This document shows, one piece after another, positions 27,756 to 37,448 of a stretch of 64,000 nt of DNA (the first letter of the stretch is position 1; every line of letters starts with the position of its first letter). The position numbers were made by a program, and so were the translations under genes. Under the pieces are notes generated by a model, which was not told the DNA's origin, made no database searches, and saw only the letters and a list, made by a program, of their open reading frames with translations. This DNA comes from Candidatus Kaiserbacteria bacterium. GTDB taxonomy: Bacteria; Patescibacteriota; Minisyncoccia; Phycocordibacterales; UBA918. The DNA lies in the NCBI GenBank assembly GCA_031430855.1, contig JANPCG010000015.1, positions 68,522 through 132,521 of the forward strand. Direction: 5' to 3'.

Positions 27756-27938
27756 ATGCAACCCAGTCCTGGTATACATCGAAGTCATCTGCAACTTATT
27801 ATCAGTTTAGGTTTAATGGGTTTACTGTTGAGTATACTCGGCGGCTATGCCTATTATGGAGTGTATCCAAGTACATTTCTAAATGGCCAGATTGAAGTAA
27901 CTGAGCTCGACTCAGTCGACATATCACTTAGGGAGTAG
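27756..27938 (+). CDS. Small membrane protein (60 aa), hypothetical
   Basis: Single TM (LIISLGLMGLLLSILGGYAYYGV). Confidence 0.3.
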   Translation: MQPSPGIHRSHLQLIISLGLMGLLLSILGGYAYYGVYPSTFLNGQIEVTELDSVDISLRE

Positions 27939-27975
27939 TGACGGTCCTTATAAATCATAAATTTATCTCACAAGT

Positions 27976-28389
27976 ATGAATTCAGAACAAGATGAGTACG
28001 CGACACCAACTTCTTCAATGTCAGATCCAAGGTCTCATCAGACTTTCATTATTATTGTTTTGTTAGCAACCCTAGTCGCTATTGTGGGTGGATATATTTA
28101 TATGGGGATGTGGTGGGCGAAGCAAGCGACGGTACTGGTTGCAGTAGAAGACGTTCCGGTTACAGAAGTTTCTGTACCTGAAGAATCTGATCGTAGACAA
28201 CAAATTTTTAACGCGCTCGAGCAAGCTACGACGTCAGCTACGACTGAAGAACGAGAGGCAATTATAAATGCTCTTGAAGAAACTTCTATGACAGCATCGG
28301 AGGAACGAAAGGCGGCCATACTGGAGGCTCTCAATAGCCCGTCCTCAGCTCCAGGGGGAACTGCTACTAGTGGCGAGGGACGACCGTAA
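27976..28389 (+). CDS. Small membrane-anchored protein with acidic repeat tail (137 aa)
   Basis: TM (TFIIIVLLATLVAIVGGYIYMGMWW) followed by repeated (I/A)(F/I)NALE(Q/E)(A/T)(T/S) units. Confidence 0.4.
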   Translation: MNSEQDEYATPTSSMSDPRSHQTFIIIVLLATLVAIVGGYIYMGMWWAKQATVLVAVEDVPVTEVSVPEESDRRQQIFNALEQATTSATTEEREAIINALEETSMTASEERKAAILEALNSPSSAPGGTATSGEGRP

Positions 28390-28447
28390 TGTTTCTTACG
28401 ACGTTTTGTATTCGATTAAGGCCTGAGGGTTATGTTGCCTAATAAAT

Positions 28448-28491
28448 CCAAGACCAGAGTCTTCTCAAAGGCTCTGGTCTTGTGTTTTTTT
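28448..28491 (+). terminator. Rho-independent terminator before the tuf leader
   Basis: CCAAGACCAGAG-tcttctcaaagg-CTCTGGTCTTG followed by TGTTTTTTTAT. Confidence 0.6.
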
Positions 28492-28689
28492 ATCAATCTG
28501 GTACCATTGCCGCACCGACTCAGCTAGAAATAGCTGTATCGGAGCAATTTATACTCGCTCCTTTACACGTATTGTGTGCCCAGCCGTCCCGCGACTTGTT
28601 CTCGCCGAGACGGATGTGCAGACAAACACCGCTTTTTTATACTGTAAAAAAGCAGCTGTGTGCGGTTTATTATCTAAATTATCTAAGAT

Positions 28690-29886
28690 ATGGCTCAACA
28701 AGACTTTGACCGATCAAAGCCGCACATCAACGTAGGGACCATTGGTCACGTTGACCACGGCAAGACCACTTTAACTGCAGCGATTTTAACGGTACTCAAC
28801 CAAAAAGGAGGTGGCTATACTGCTACTACCAAGGGAGTAGATGAAATCGATAAAGCCCCAGAAGAAAAGGCGCGAGGCATCACGATTTCACTTTCACACA
28901 GTGAATATGAAACGCCGACTCGTCACTACGCACACATTGATGCTCCAGGACACGCTGACTATATCAAAAACATGATTACTGGTGCAGCCCAGATGGACGG
29001 TGCTGTACTCGTGGTGGCAGCAACTGATGGAGCGATGCCACAGACACGCGAACACGTACTTTTGGCAAAGCAAGTTGGAGTTCCAAACATTATCGTATTC
29101 CTCAATAAGTGCGATATGGTTGATGATGCAGAAATGATTGAACTCGTTGAAGAAGAACTTCGTGAACTCCTTACTAAGAACGGTTTTGATGGGGTGAATG
29201 CACCAATCATCAAAGGTTCTGGACTCAAAGCGCTTGAAGATCCAACGTCAGACTGGGGTCAGAAAGTAGTTGACCTGGTTGATGCGATGGACTCATTCTT
29301 CCCATTGCCAGTTCGTGATCTCGACAAGCCGTTTCTGATGCCGGTAGAAGACATCTTCTCAATTGAAGGTCGCGGTACCGTAGTAACAGGTCGTGTAGAG
29401 CGCGGAAAGGTAAAGGTTGGTGAGACTATTCAGATCGTTGGTATCAAAGATACGGCAGAGACGACAGTGACGGGAGTTGAAATGTTCAACAAGCAATTGG
29501 ATCAGGCGCAAGCGGGAGACAATGCGGGAATCTTGCTCCGCGGTACAAAGAAAGAAGATGTACATCGCGGTCAGGTACTCGCTGCAAAGAACTCAGTAAC
29601 ACCACACACTGAATTCGAAGCTGAAGTATACATCCTTTCAAAAGACGAAGGTGGGCGTCACACACCATTTTTCTCAGGTTACAAGCCACAGTTCTACATC
29701 CGTACAACGGACGTAACGGGTGAAGTTACTTTGATGGAAGGGGTAGAAATGACTATGCCAGGAGACACTGCAACCTTTAAGGTAAAATTGGTAGCCCCAG
29801 TTGCGCTTGAAGAAGGAGGTAACTTCGCGATTCGAGAGGGAGGGAAGACTGTAGGCGCCGGGGTTGTAACAAAAATCGTAGCATAA
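28690..29886 (+). CDS. tuf: Elongation factor Tu
   Basis: [17 protein letters not shown]...[22 protein letters not shown]... matches EF-Tu along its full length (398 aa). Confidence 0.95.
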   Translation: MAQQDFDRSKPHINVGTIGHVDHGKTTLTAAILTVLNQKGGGYTATTKGVDEIDKAPEEKARGITISLSHSEYETPTRHYAHIDAPGHADYIKNMITGAAQMDGAVLVVAATDGAMPQTREHVLLAKQVGVPNIIVFLNKCDMVDDAEMIELVEEELRELLTKNGFDGVNAPIIKGSGLKALEDPTSDWGQKVVDLVDAMDSFFPLPVRDLDKPFLMPVEDIFSIEGRGTVVTGRVERGKVKVGETIQIVGIKDTAETTVTGVEMFNKQLDQAQAGDNAGILLRGTKKEDVHRGQVLAAKNSVTPHTEFEAEVYILSKDEGGRHTPFFSGYKPQFYIRTTDVTGEVTLMEGVEMTMPGDTATFKVKLVAPVALEEGGNFAIREGGKTVGAGVVTKIVA

Positions 29887-30049
29887 CAATCGCTGAAATT
29901 AACTTATCTACTTTGTCAGAACTGCAGTTTGGTCAGTCGCCGTATAAAAATACGTCTTCTTTCCAAACTTTGCTCTTCCTCGTATCTAAGACAATTTCAA
30001 CAATTGTTTAATACAGATAAGGCAGAGAATTAAAATCACTGAAATTATT

Positions 30050-30400
30050 ATGGCAACTCCAACAACCAAAAAAACCAAAGCTGGTGCCGATGTGGTTGCA
30101 AAACTGCGTATCCGAGTGCGTGCCTTCGAGCACAAAATCCTCGATAGCTCAGTCAAGCAAATCATCGATACTGCCCTACGGTTTGACGCCGAAGTAGTCG
30201 GCCCGATTCCACTTCCAACTGAAATCAAGAAATACACCGTGAACCGGGCGTCGTTCGTATACAAAGACGCGCGAGAACAATTCGAAATGCGAACTCATAA
30301 ACGAGTTATCGACATTATGAACCCGAGTCCAAAAGTGATTGAAGCCCTCACCAATCTTTCATTGCCGTCCGGCGTGAATATTGACGTGAAGATGATGTAG
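30050..30400 (+). CDS. rpsJ: 30S ribosomal protein S10
   Basis: LRIRVRAFEHKILDSSVKQIIDTA...GPIPLPTEIKKYTVNRASFVYKDAREQFEMRTHKRVIDI matches S10. Confidence 0.9.
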   Translation: MATPTTKKTKAGADVVAKLRIRVRAFEHKILDSSVKQIIDTALRFDAEVVGPIPLPTEIKKYTVNRASFVYKDAREQFEMRTHKRVIDIMNPSPKVIEALTNLSLPSGVNIDVKMM

Positions 30401-30440
30401 TTTTTTACTCCTTAAAAAACTCCTCCCTGCATTCGCTCGG

Positions 30441-30478
30441 ACGCAAAATCCCCTACATTCGTAGGGGATTTTGCGTCG
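30441..30478. repeat. Perfect 17-bp-arm hairpin GACGCAAAATCCCCTAC-attc-GTAGGGGATTTTGCGTC downstream of rpsJ (no T-run)
   Basis: Seen directly in the sequence. It lies immediately upstream of repeat copy 4. Confidence 0.5.
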
Positions 30479-30508
30479 CTCGGCTCATTTAGTAGTAAAG
30501 CAAAACAT

Positions 30509-30714
30509 CGAGTGAGAAGTGACTAATGTCACTTCTCAAGACCTTATCGCTCTTTTGAAAAAAAGCGATAAGGCTGTAATTGCATCCTAATGCAATCTGC
30601 GGAGTGATATTAAGTCATTCCTCACCCTGCTCATTTCTCACCCCTCACCTAGGGCTGAAACGTGATTAAATATCACGTTTCAGAGCTATTTGAGATAGTT
30701 TGAAGCGTGAAAAC
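30509..30714 (+). repeat. Structured repeat element, copy 4 (long form, same hairpin1 as copy 3; hairpin2 CCTTATCGCTCTTTT..AAAAGCGATAAGG; hairpin4 CTGAAACGTGAT-taaat-ATCACGTTTCAG)
   Basis: Aligns with copy 3 along its whole length. Hairpins 2 and 4 carry compensatory substitutions. Confidence 0.65.
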
Positions 30715-30900
30715 TGTCTAAAGGTATGCAGATCCTGCGAGGAAGTTTATCCGTCTCTTCTCAACTTGATTATTTAACTACTTTAATAATGCTTTAGACA
30801 GTATTTGTGTGAACACAAAATCCTTCGTGGGGTCCATTCTGGGTGTGTGCACAAAGTCTGTGTGTAGCCGTTTTAAATGATAAACTTTGCTTAACCTTCT

Positions 30901-31425
30901 TTGTGTATGACTTTTTTTAAACCGTTTGTTATTATCCCTACTTTTCTTATCATTGCGCCACTTTTTTTAGGTTATAGTTTTATGAGTGCCCAGGTGTGGA
31001 CCAGTCCGCTAGCAACACCGCCTGCTAATAATACGAGAGCTCCGATAAATGTGGGTATCTCTGCAACCACTTTGCAAAATGGTGCTGGGTCGCTAGTCTT
31101 TAATCGTTTCGCGGCGACAGATGCTGTATGGTCAAATTCATACTGTGATTCTCTTGGGGGTAACTGTTTCTCCCCTGCTACTGGCCCAGCTATTCCAAAT
31201 CCTACCTGCGTTAACCGATCGAGTGCAATTGGTTCAAATAGCGTAACAATTTCGTGTCTGGCGGGTGAAGTAGCAATGAGTGGTGGGTGTCTTGACACCT
31301 GTTCAGGTGTCAGGACCGGTGATTGTACGGCTAAGGCAATTAATTACTCCGTACCAACAACTAACGGATGGTCATGTACGGTAAATAATCGGGCTCAGGC
31401 CACCGTACGCTGTTGCACATTCTAA
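30901..31425 (+). CDS. Exported Cys-rich protein, paralog P1 of a four-member family (conserved N-terminal module AQVWTSP..PPANN..APINVG..LVFNRFAATDAVWSNSYCDSLGGNC)
   Basis: N-terminal TM/signal followed by a conserved ~80-aa module shared with 37449-38219, 38325-39005 and 53992-54510. The C-terminal part is variable with 10 Cys. Confidence 0.6.
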   Translation: MCMTFFKPFVIIPTFLIIAPLFLGYSFMSAQVWTSPLATPPANNTRAPINVGISATTLQNGAGSLVFNRFAATDAVWSNSYCDSLGGNCFSPATGPAIPNPTCVNRSSAIGSNSVTISCLAGEVAMSGGCLDTCSGVRTGDCTAKAINYSVPTTNGWSCTVNNRAQATVRCCTF

Positions 31426-32009
31426 TTGCTGGACAAGATTATAGTAGTGACACTAACATGATTTCTCGCTCAGCTCTTTATCTTTGGATAAATCCGGTTC
31501 TAGTCGCGAGATGTCTTAGGTGGTGCCAGCAGTAGTGCGCGCAGACCTATTCCTAGAACGTCCAGTAATTAATCGCTCTCTTTTGACTAATGCTCGTGCG
31601 TGCGACGTGGTGGAAGATTGTCCAACTCAAAACTTTGAATTAATAAATATTGATTTTCCCGATGTATGACTTTGATAATGTGGGAATATAGCCAAGGTTG
31701 TGAGTGACAATCGAAGCGTGCGTATAGTGGTCGTCTCTACTCGTTTAGGATCTCTACCGTCACAAAAAACTGGACAGGATTGAGGACGACTGCTTTGGTG
31801 GGGTGCACATTAGTAATAGTTAATCACGTGTGTTTCTGAGTCCGAATTAGTTCATTCCGTTGAAGAATCTATAGCTTCGGGCTCAACTGATGTACCCATA
31901 ATACAATTATAAATAAAGTTTTTTAGAAAAGTGCTGTGAAAGAAGTAGGGGTTTTGTCCACAGATAGTATTGGTACCTTTAGATCTAGAATGTATAGTTA
32001 GTAGCAATG

Positions 32010-32040
32010 GGGGTGTGTTCCGAAAGGAGCACACCTTTTT
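32010..32040 (+). terminator. Orphan terminator-like hairpin (GGTGTGTTCC-gaaa-GGAGCACACC, then TTTTT) with no upstream CDS
   Basis: Stem plus T-run about 600 nt after the nearest upstream gene on this strand. It may terminate a non-coding transcript. Confidence 0.25.
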
Positions 32041-32079
32041 GCTGTAAAATTGTTTATCTCAAGTTAATAGAGCGTTATT

Positions 32080-34122
32080 ATGAAATCATTAGCATTTATC
32101 TTAAACCCTTTGCGTCGAAACCTGAACCTCACCTTAGTAGCTGGGGCGGCAGTGTATGTAATACTACTATTGTCTCCGAGCGTCTCGTCGGCAGCTGAAC
32201 GTCAACTTGAGCGGGGGATGTATGGTGAAGATGTGCGGTCACTACAGGTACTATTAAATAGTGATGATTCAACCCAAGTTTCAGAGAGTGGGGCAGGGTC
32301 AAGAGGTAAAGAAACAACTTTCTTTGGACGCGCAACTGAGGACGCTTTGATAAGATTCCAACAGAAAAATTTATCTAATATTCTCGATGTTTCTACATTA
32401 GGAGCTGGGATTGGTGTGTATGGCCCAATTACAAAATTGTTCGTATCGGAAAGAATGCTTGTGTCGACTATTTCAGATAAATCTCGTATCGTCGCAGACA
32501 CTTTCTCAAGTCAAAATACCAGCATATTAAACACAGCAACAACAGCTACTACCCAAATGCAAAAAGCTTCACTTGAAATAGTGGGGTTGTTAGAAGGATC
32601 TGTTGTAACTGGTGAGATTGTGGTTGAAGCAGTTTTAAAGGGTTTTATAAACACAAAAATAACCCGAGTAGTGTTTCAAATAGATAACGTAGTTGTGAGA
32701 ACAGAGAAAGTTGCCCCGTATTCTCTCGGTTCAAGTAAACCTGATTTGTCTTCAATTCCTTTTAATTTTTCTGCATTTGAGGATGGAAAACACAAGCTTA
32801 TTGTCACGGTGTTTGGAGATGAAATATCTTTATCAAATCCACGTACGAATGTTGGATTACTAAGCAAAACGCTTCTTTTTAGTACGAAAAAAAGTAGTAA
32901 GAGTCCATTTATAGTTCCTGTAGTAAAGACTAGTAAAATCGAACCGGTGAAATTACCTGCTGTGCCAATGAACTCACCTATTGCTACTCAAATTAATGCA
33001 AACGCAGTGTTATGTTCTAATGAAAATACAGAATGTAAATTCTCTGGTACAAGAGAAATCCGTTACGGTATTGGGAGTAAATTTTTTACTAAAATACTTA
33101 CTAATGGAACAGCTTGCACGAACGCAGTATTTTCTGATCCGATTGTTGGGATTAAAAAGTTATGTTACGTAGTAAATGGTACTTCAGATAGTAATAATAC
33201 TAATCAACCTATCAGTGCCGACATGCAAAAAAAGCCAGATATAATTCGGTCAACAACACCAGTAACGGTTCCCGTCGTGCCAATTACTAGAGCAGTTATT
33301 ACTCCTCCTGTTACATCTGTGCCAGCGCCAGTATCTCCAACTATAATTGCGTCAACATCAGGCAACAAAAATGTAAATGTCCTTGTAAATAAAGGAGCCG
33401 CAAGCGGCAGTCTTGGATGTGAGATTATTAATCAGTACTACGTAGAAAGTAAAAAAGTAGCAAAATATAAATGGAAGAGCTTCAATGCTGAAGAAGTCAT
33501 GGTTAATGGTAAGTCAGCCTCAGTTAATTCAGGTGTCTTGCTAACGTCGGAAATTACTTTCAATGGAACCAAAGCAACTGCCTTTGAGTTAGTCGTGAGT
33601 AAGGGAAGTGAAAGTAAGACTTGTCGAGTAATAGTGCCACCACTACTAGCGAAGTGTACAGCAACATTTACTGATAATATTCTTGATAAAACTTTAGTTG
33701 ACTATAAAGTAACTTTTCCCGCAATACCGGGAGCTCCGTACCAATCCAGTATGTATAATTCTCGAGGACTTCTACTGGCAACCTACAGTTCTGGAGAATT
33801 AGTAAATGCGACGAGTGTCACCTATACAGGAAAAATACTAAAAACTGCCGTAGCTGATAAAAAAGAAGTACAGTTTTTAACGAGAATGTATTTTCCGACA
33901 AACCTGATGGCTTCCATTCTTAATAACTCAAAATGTGTCACAAAGTACACCCCAGGCGCAGTAAATACTGTGCCTACGCAAGGAAATAATGGCTCTGGCA
34001 GCGGTCAAGCCGTAACGCCAACCATCCCCCGGAGTGGCACGACACCAGCAGCACCAAGTGCGCCAAGTAGTGGTGGTAGTTTAGGATCACCGTCATTACA
34101 AAACGGTCTATTAAATTTCTAA
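32080..34122 (+). CDS. Secreted protein (680 aa) with N-terminal peptidoglycan-binding-like domain and Ig-like/beta-rich repeats
   Basis: Signal/TM, then LERGMYGEDVRSLQVLLNSD...GRATEDALIRFQQKN (PGBD-like). A long Ser/Thr/Val-rich beta region follows. C-terminal Gly/Ser/Pro-rich tail. Confidence 0.6.
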   Translation: MKSLAFILNPLRRNLNLTLVAGAAVYVILLLSPSVSSAAERQLERGMYGEDVRSLQVLLNSDDSTQVSESGAGSRGKETTFFGRATEDALIRFQQKNLSNILDVSTLGAGIGVYGPITKLFVSERMLVSTISDKSRIVADTFSSQNTSILNTATTATTQMQKASLEIVGLLEGSVVTGEIVVEAVLKGFINTKITRVVFQIDNVVVRTEKVAPYSLGSSKPDLSSIPFNFSAFEDGKHKLIVTVFGDEISLSNPRTNVGLLSKTLLFSTKKSSKSPFIVPVVKTSKIEPVKLPAVPMNSPIATQINANAVLCSNENTECKFSGTREIRYGIGSKFFTKILTNGTACTNAVFSDPIVGIKKLCYVVNGTSDSNNTNQPISADMQKKPDIIRSTTPVTVPVVPITRAVITPPVTSVPAPVSPTIIASTSGNKNVNVLVNKGAASGSLGCEIINQYYVESKKVAKYKWKSFNAEEVMVNGKSASVNSGVLLTSEITFNGTKATAFELVVSKGSESKTCRVIVPPLLAKCTATFTDNILDKTLVDYKVTFPAIPGAPYQSSMYNSRGLLLATYSSGELVNATSVTYTGKILKTAVADKKEVQFLTRMYFPTNLMASILNNSKCVTKYTPGAVNTVPTQGNNGSGSGQAVTPTIPRSGTTPAAPSAPSSGGSLGSPSLQNGLLNF

Positions 34123-34793
34123 AATAAAGTACGAGGTACAAAAAACTCTGATATTTCAGGGTTTTTGTTAATTAAAGTGAGGTGTATAAAATTGTTTGTA
34201 TTATTGATGCTCTAATAACCATATCTTACATAAACAGTTATAAGTACATGATATATAAAAGTAATAATTAAAAATTAATTACAAGCAAATATTAAACCAA
34301 GTTCTTAAATGCTAACTCCCATGATTATAATTGTGATTTAGATAATGGTTAATCTGTAATTGTCCCACCAAAACATTATTATCGAATGAATTTATTTACT
34401 GCTAACTTAGCAAATACCCACTATCTATTTCTTGGGTTACCCGTAGAGGGTTCTCGATTGTGCTGTGGTATCGAGTTTAGATAGAGTGCTAACACATCAG
34501 CGGGAGGTAAACCTATCGGGTATATGGTGCGGGTGAGGCAGCGATTGGGGTGTCGATCAATGAGTTATTAATGTTGAGTGACGTAAAGTAATGACAGCCT
34601 GCTTGCTTTTTGTAAAAATTCACGTATAGTATCAGCAGCTTTTAAAGACCTACGTTCGTAGTAAAGACTCTCCGTGAATCTTTCCGAACCAATGGGCACA
34701 AACCGCGCTTTTACGTGTGGGACTTGTGTCCCGCGTTATATAGCGCGGTTTGTTGTACGGTCAAAAAGCGTTTATTCGTTAATTTCATTCATT

Positions 34794-35414
34794 ATGAAAT
34801 TTATAGTCGGAACCAAAGACCGTATGACGCAAGTCTTTGATGCCAGTGGTGTTTGTCACCCAGCGACAATTCTCCGGGTTGAACCGGCCGTAGTGGCGCG
34901 CATCAAGACAGTTGAATCAGATGGCTATGCTGCTGTGCAGCTCGCCTCCGGTTCACAAAAAGAATCTCGGATTGCGAAAGCCCAAAAAGGACAATTCAAT
35001 AACCCAAGTGTGGTTCGTGAATTTCGTCCGAAGGTCGCCTATAACGAAACAATTGAGGGTGTTGCCGCTGGTGACGCGCTTGATGCATCGGTATTTGCGG
35101 CTGGTGATATGGTTATCGTATCTGCCATCTCAAAAGGTAAAGGTTTCCAAGGTGTGGTGAAGCGTCACGGTTTTGCCGGCGGACGTCGCTCACACGGACA
35201 GAAACACTCAGAACGAGAACCGGGGTCAATTGGAGCAACGGGACTCAATCGTGTTATGAAGGGTATGCGAATGGCCGGACGGATGGGGGGTGACCGAATT
35301 ACGGTCAAGAATCTCGTTGTGCTCCAAGTCAACGCTGCCGAAAACCTACTGTTGATCAAAGGTGCCATTCCTGGTCGAAAGGGCACATTAGTAGAAGTAC
35401 GTGGTACTAAGTAA
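34794..35414 (+). CDS. rplC: 50S ribosomal protein L3
   Basis: MKFIVGTKDRMTQVFDASG...GKGFQGVVKRHGFAGG..SHG matches L3. The start is taken at internal ATG 34794; the ORF extends to 34674 through a structured leader. Confidence 0.9.
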   Translation: MKFIVGTKDRMTQVFDASGVCHPATILRVEPAVVARIKTVESDGYAAVQLASGSQKESRIAKAQKGQFNNPSVVREFRPKVAYNETIEGVAAGDALDASVFAAGDMVIVSAISKGKGFQGVVKRHGFAGGRRSHGQKHSEREPGSIGATGLNRVMKGMRMAGRMGGDRITVKNLVVLQVNAAENLLLIKGAIPGRKGTLVEVRGTK

Positions 35415-35424
35415 GCATTATTAT

Positions 35425-36120
35425 ATGAATACAAAATTATATACGGTTACGGGTACTGAGGCAGGATCAATTGATCTGCCAGCGTCAGTATTTGACGTAG
35501 CGTGGAATGCTGACTTGGTTCACGGGGTGGTACTGATGATGCAGGCCAATGGTCGGGCTGGTACTGCCGACACGAAAGGACGCGGTGACGTACGCGGAGG
35601 TGGAAAGAAACCGTGGAAGCAAAAAGGAACCGGACGAGCCCGACATGGTTCGTCTCGAAGTCCGATCTGGGCCGGGGGAGGAGTGGCGCATGGTCCAAAG
35701 TCAGAAAAAGACTACTCAAGCAAAATCAACAAGAAAATGCGAGCTAAAGCGCTTGCAGCTGTATTTAGTAAAAAGTTTGCTGATACGGAGATGATTTTCC
35801 TCTCAGAGCTTGCAATGACTGAACCAAAAGCTGCGCTAGGAAAAACTATCATTAAAGCGATTGCTTCAGGAACTGGATATGCTGATCTCGCTACCAAGCG
35901 AAAGAACGCAGCCGTGCTTGTTCTCGGTACACGTGATGAGATGATTGAAAAAAGCTTCCGTAACTTCGGTAATATCGAAGTTATTCAAGCGAAAGATATT
36001 AATCCGGTTGATTTACTTACGTACAAATACGTAATTATGGCGAATAGTAGTGATACCCTCAAAGTCCTCGAGACCCGGGTCGCTGCCATTGCTCCAAAAA
36101 CAACCACTAACGCAAAATAG
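35425..36120 (+). CDS. rplD: 50S ribosomal protein L4
   Basis: ...GGGKKPWKQKGTGRARHGSSRSPIWAGGGVAHGPK... matches L4. Confidence 0.9.
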   Translation: MNTKLYTVTGTEAGSIDLPASVFDVAWNADLVHGVVLMMQANGRAGTADTKGRGDVRGGGKKPWKQKGTGRARHGSSRSPIWAGGGVAHGPKSEKDYSSKINKKMRAKALAAVFSKKFADTEMIFLSELAMTEPKAALGKTIIKAIASGTGYADLATKRKNAAVLVLGTRDEMIEKSFRNFGNIEVIQAKDINPVDLLTYKYVIMANSSDTLKVLETRVAAIAPKTTTNAK

Positions 36121-36121
36121 T

Positions 36122-36496
36122 ATGGCACTCTTCAGTCGAACAAAAAAAACTGTAGAGGCAAGTGAAGGAACTACTGCAAAAGTAGTTGCGCCGACACTCG
36201 CTCGTAGTACTGATCGTAACCTCGCAAGCGTCCTCGTGAAGCCCGTGGTAACTGAAAAGGCAGTGATGCAACATGATTCCCGTGTCTATACGTTCATCGT
36301 TGCAAAAAACGCCACCAAGTTTTCAGTCAGCGACGCAGTAACTGCACTCTACAAAGTGACGCCGGTGAAAGTAAACATCGTCAATAAAAAACCAAGTAGT
36401 TCATTGTCTCGAAGTCGCGGTCGAGCGATTTCGGTTGCTGGTTATAAGAAAGCCTATGTGTACCTCAAAAAAGGAGATACCATTAATCTTGTATAA
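36122..36496 (+). CDS. rplW: 50S ribosomal protein L23
   Basis: ...VLVKPVVTEKAVMQHDSRVYTFIVAKNATKFSV...VAGYKKAYVYLKKGDTI matches L23. Confidence 0.9.
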   Translation: MALFSRTKKTVEASEGTTAKVVAPTLARSTDRNLASVLVKPVVTEKAVMQHDSRVYTFIVAKNATKFSVSDAVTALYKVTPVKVNIVNKKPSSSLSRSRGRAISVAGYKKAYVYLKKGDTINLV

Positions 36497-36498
36497 TC

Positions 36499-37359
36499 AT
36501 GAAAAAATATAAACCAACATCAGCGGGTCGTCGTGACGGCTCAGTGATTGAATACAAGAAGAAACTTACTACCACGAAGAGTAATCCTTTGAAGTCGCTT
36601 ACGATGGGTGGTAAGAGTTCAGGTGGACGCAACAACCAGGGACGTACTACGGTCCTCAATCGAGGTGGAGGAAATAAACGTACCTACCGTTTGGTAGACT
36701 TCCGCTACGATAAGAAAAATATTCCTGCGAAAGTAGAGAGTGTTGAGTATGATCCATACCGAACCGGCTTTATAGCGCTCGTTCTTTTTGCTGACGGCGA
36801 ACGTCGCTACGTCCTTGCACCACAGAATATGGTGAAGGGTGACGAGATGATTGTTTCAGAAACTGCCAAGCCGAAAGTAGGGAACCGTTTGCCGCTCGGT
36901 AATATTCCGGTTGGTACAATGGTATTTAACGTTGAAATTAAACCTGGTGCGGGAGCGAAACTCGCTCGTTCAGCTGGTAACAACGCCGAGGTGGTAGCCC
37001 AAGATAGCGGCTACACTCTGGTTAAAATGCCTTCAACCGAAATCCGAAAAATCATCAGTACTGCCTGGGCAACCATCGGTGCTGTATCAAATGAAGAAAA
37101 TCGTTTGGTTGATTTAGGAAAAGCGGGACGTGCTCGTCATCGAGGAATTCGTCCAAAAACTCGTGGAGCCGCTAAGAACGCAGTGGACCACCCACACGGA
37201 GGAGGAGAAGGAAAGGCACCGCGAGGACACCGTCGTGCTCGTACGAAGCAGGGACGACCAGTTGGAAAGGGTCAAAAGACTCGTTCACCAAAGAAGTACA
37301 GTAACAAGTTTATTGTCACAAGACGAAAACCAGGCCGATTAATGACATCACGAAAGTAG
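36499..37359 (+). CDS. rplB: 50S ribosomal protein L2
   Basis: ...GRNNQGRTTV..RGGGNKRTYRLVDF... HRGIRPKTRGAAKNAVDHPHGGGEG matches L2. Confidence 0.95.
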   Translation: MKKYKPTSAGRRDGSVIEYKKKLTTTKSNPLKSLTMGGKSSGGRNNQGRTTVLNRGGGNKRTYRLVDFRYDKKNIPAKVESVEYDPYRTGFIALVLFADGERRYVLAPQNMVKGDEMIVSETAKPKVGNRLPLGNIPVGTMVFNVEIKPGAGAKLARSAGNNAEVVAQDSGYTLVKMPSTEIRKIISTAWATIGAVSNEENRLVDLGKAGRARHRGIRPKTRGAAKNAVDHPHGGGEGKAPRGHRRARTKQGRPVGKGQKTRSPKKYSNKFIVTRRKPGRLMTSRK

Positions 37360-37365
37360 TCAAAT

Positions 37366-37440
37366 AACACAAAACACCCCCATCTGGGGGTGTTTTGTGT
37401 TTGGGTACAACTATCAGGGGTGAATATATACCGCGGTATA
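37366..37440 (+). repeat. Direct repeat unit A (terminator AAAACACCCCC-atct-GGGGGTGTTTT + GTGTTTGGGTACAACTATCAGGGGTGAATATATACCGCGGTATA leader)
   Basis: About 95% identical to 38228-38302. It contains the rplB terminator and a TTGGGT-N18-TATATA promoter-like leader for P2. Confidence 0.7.
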
Positions 37441-37448
37441 ATTATTAT

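Noticed and set aside
34912-36000. ORFs overlapping rplC/rplD in other frames (34912..35160, 35165..35434, 35447..35719, 35549..35794, 35712..35897)
   Set aside because: They are embedded in highly conserved ribosomal protein genes and are frame-shadow artefacts.
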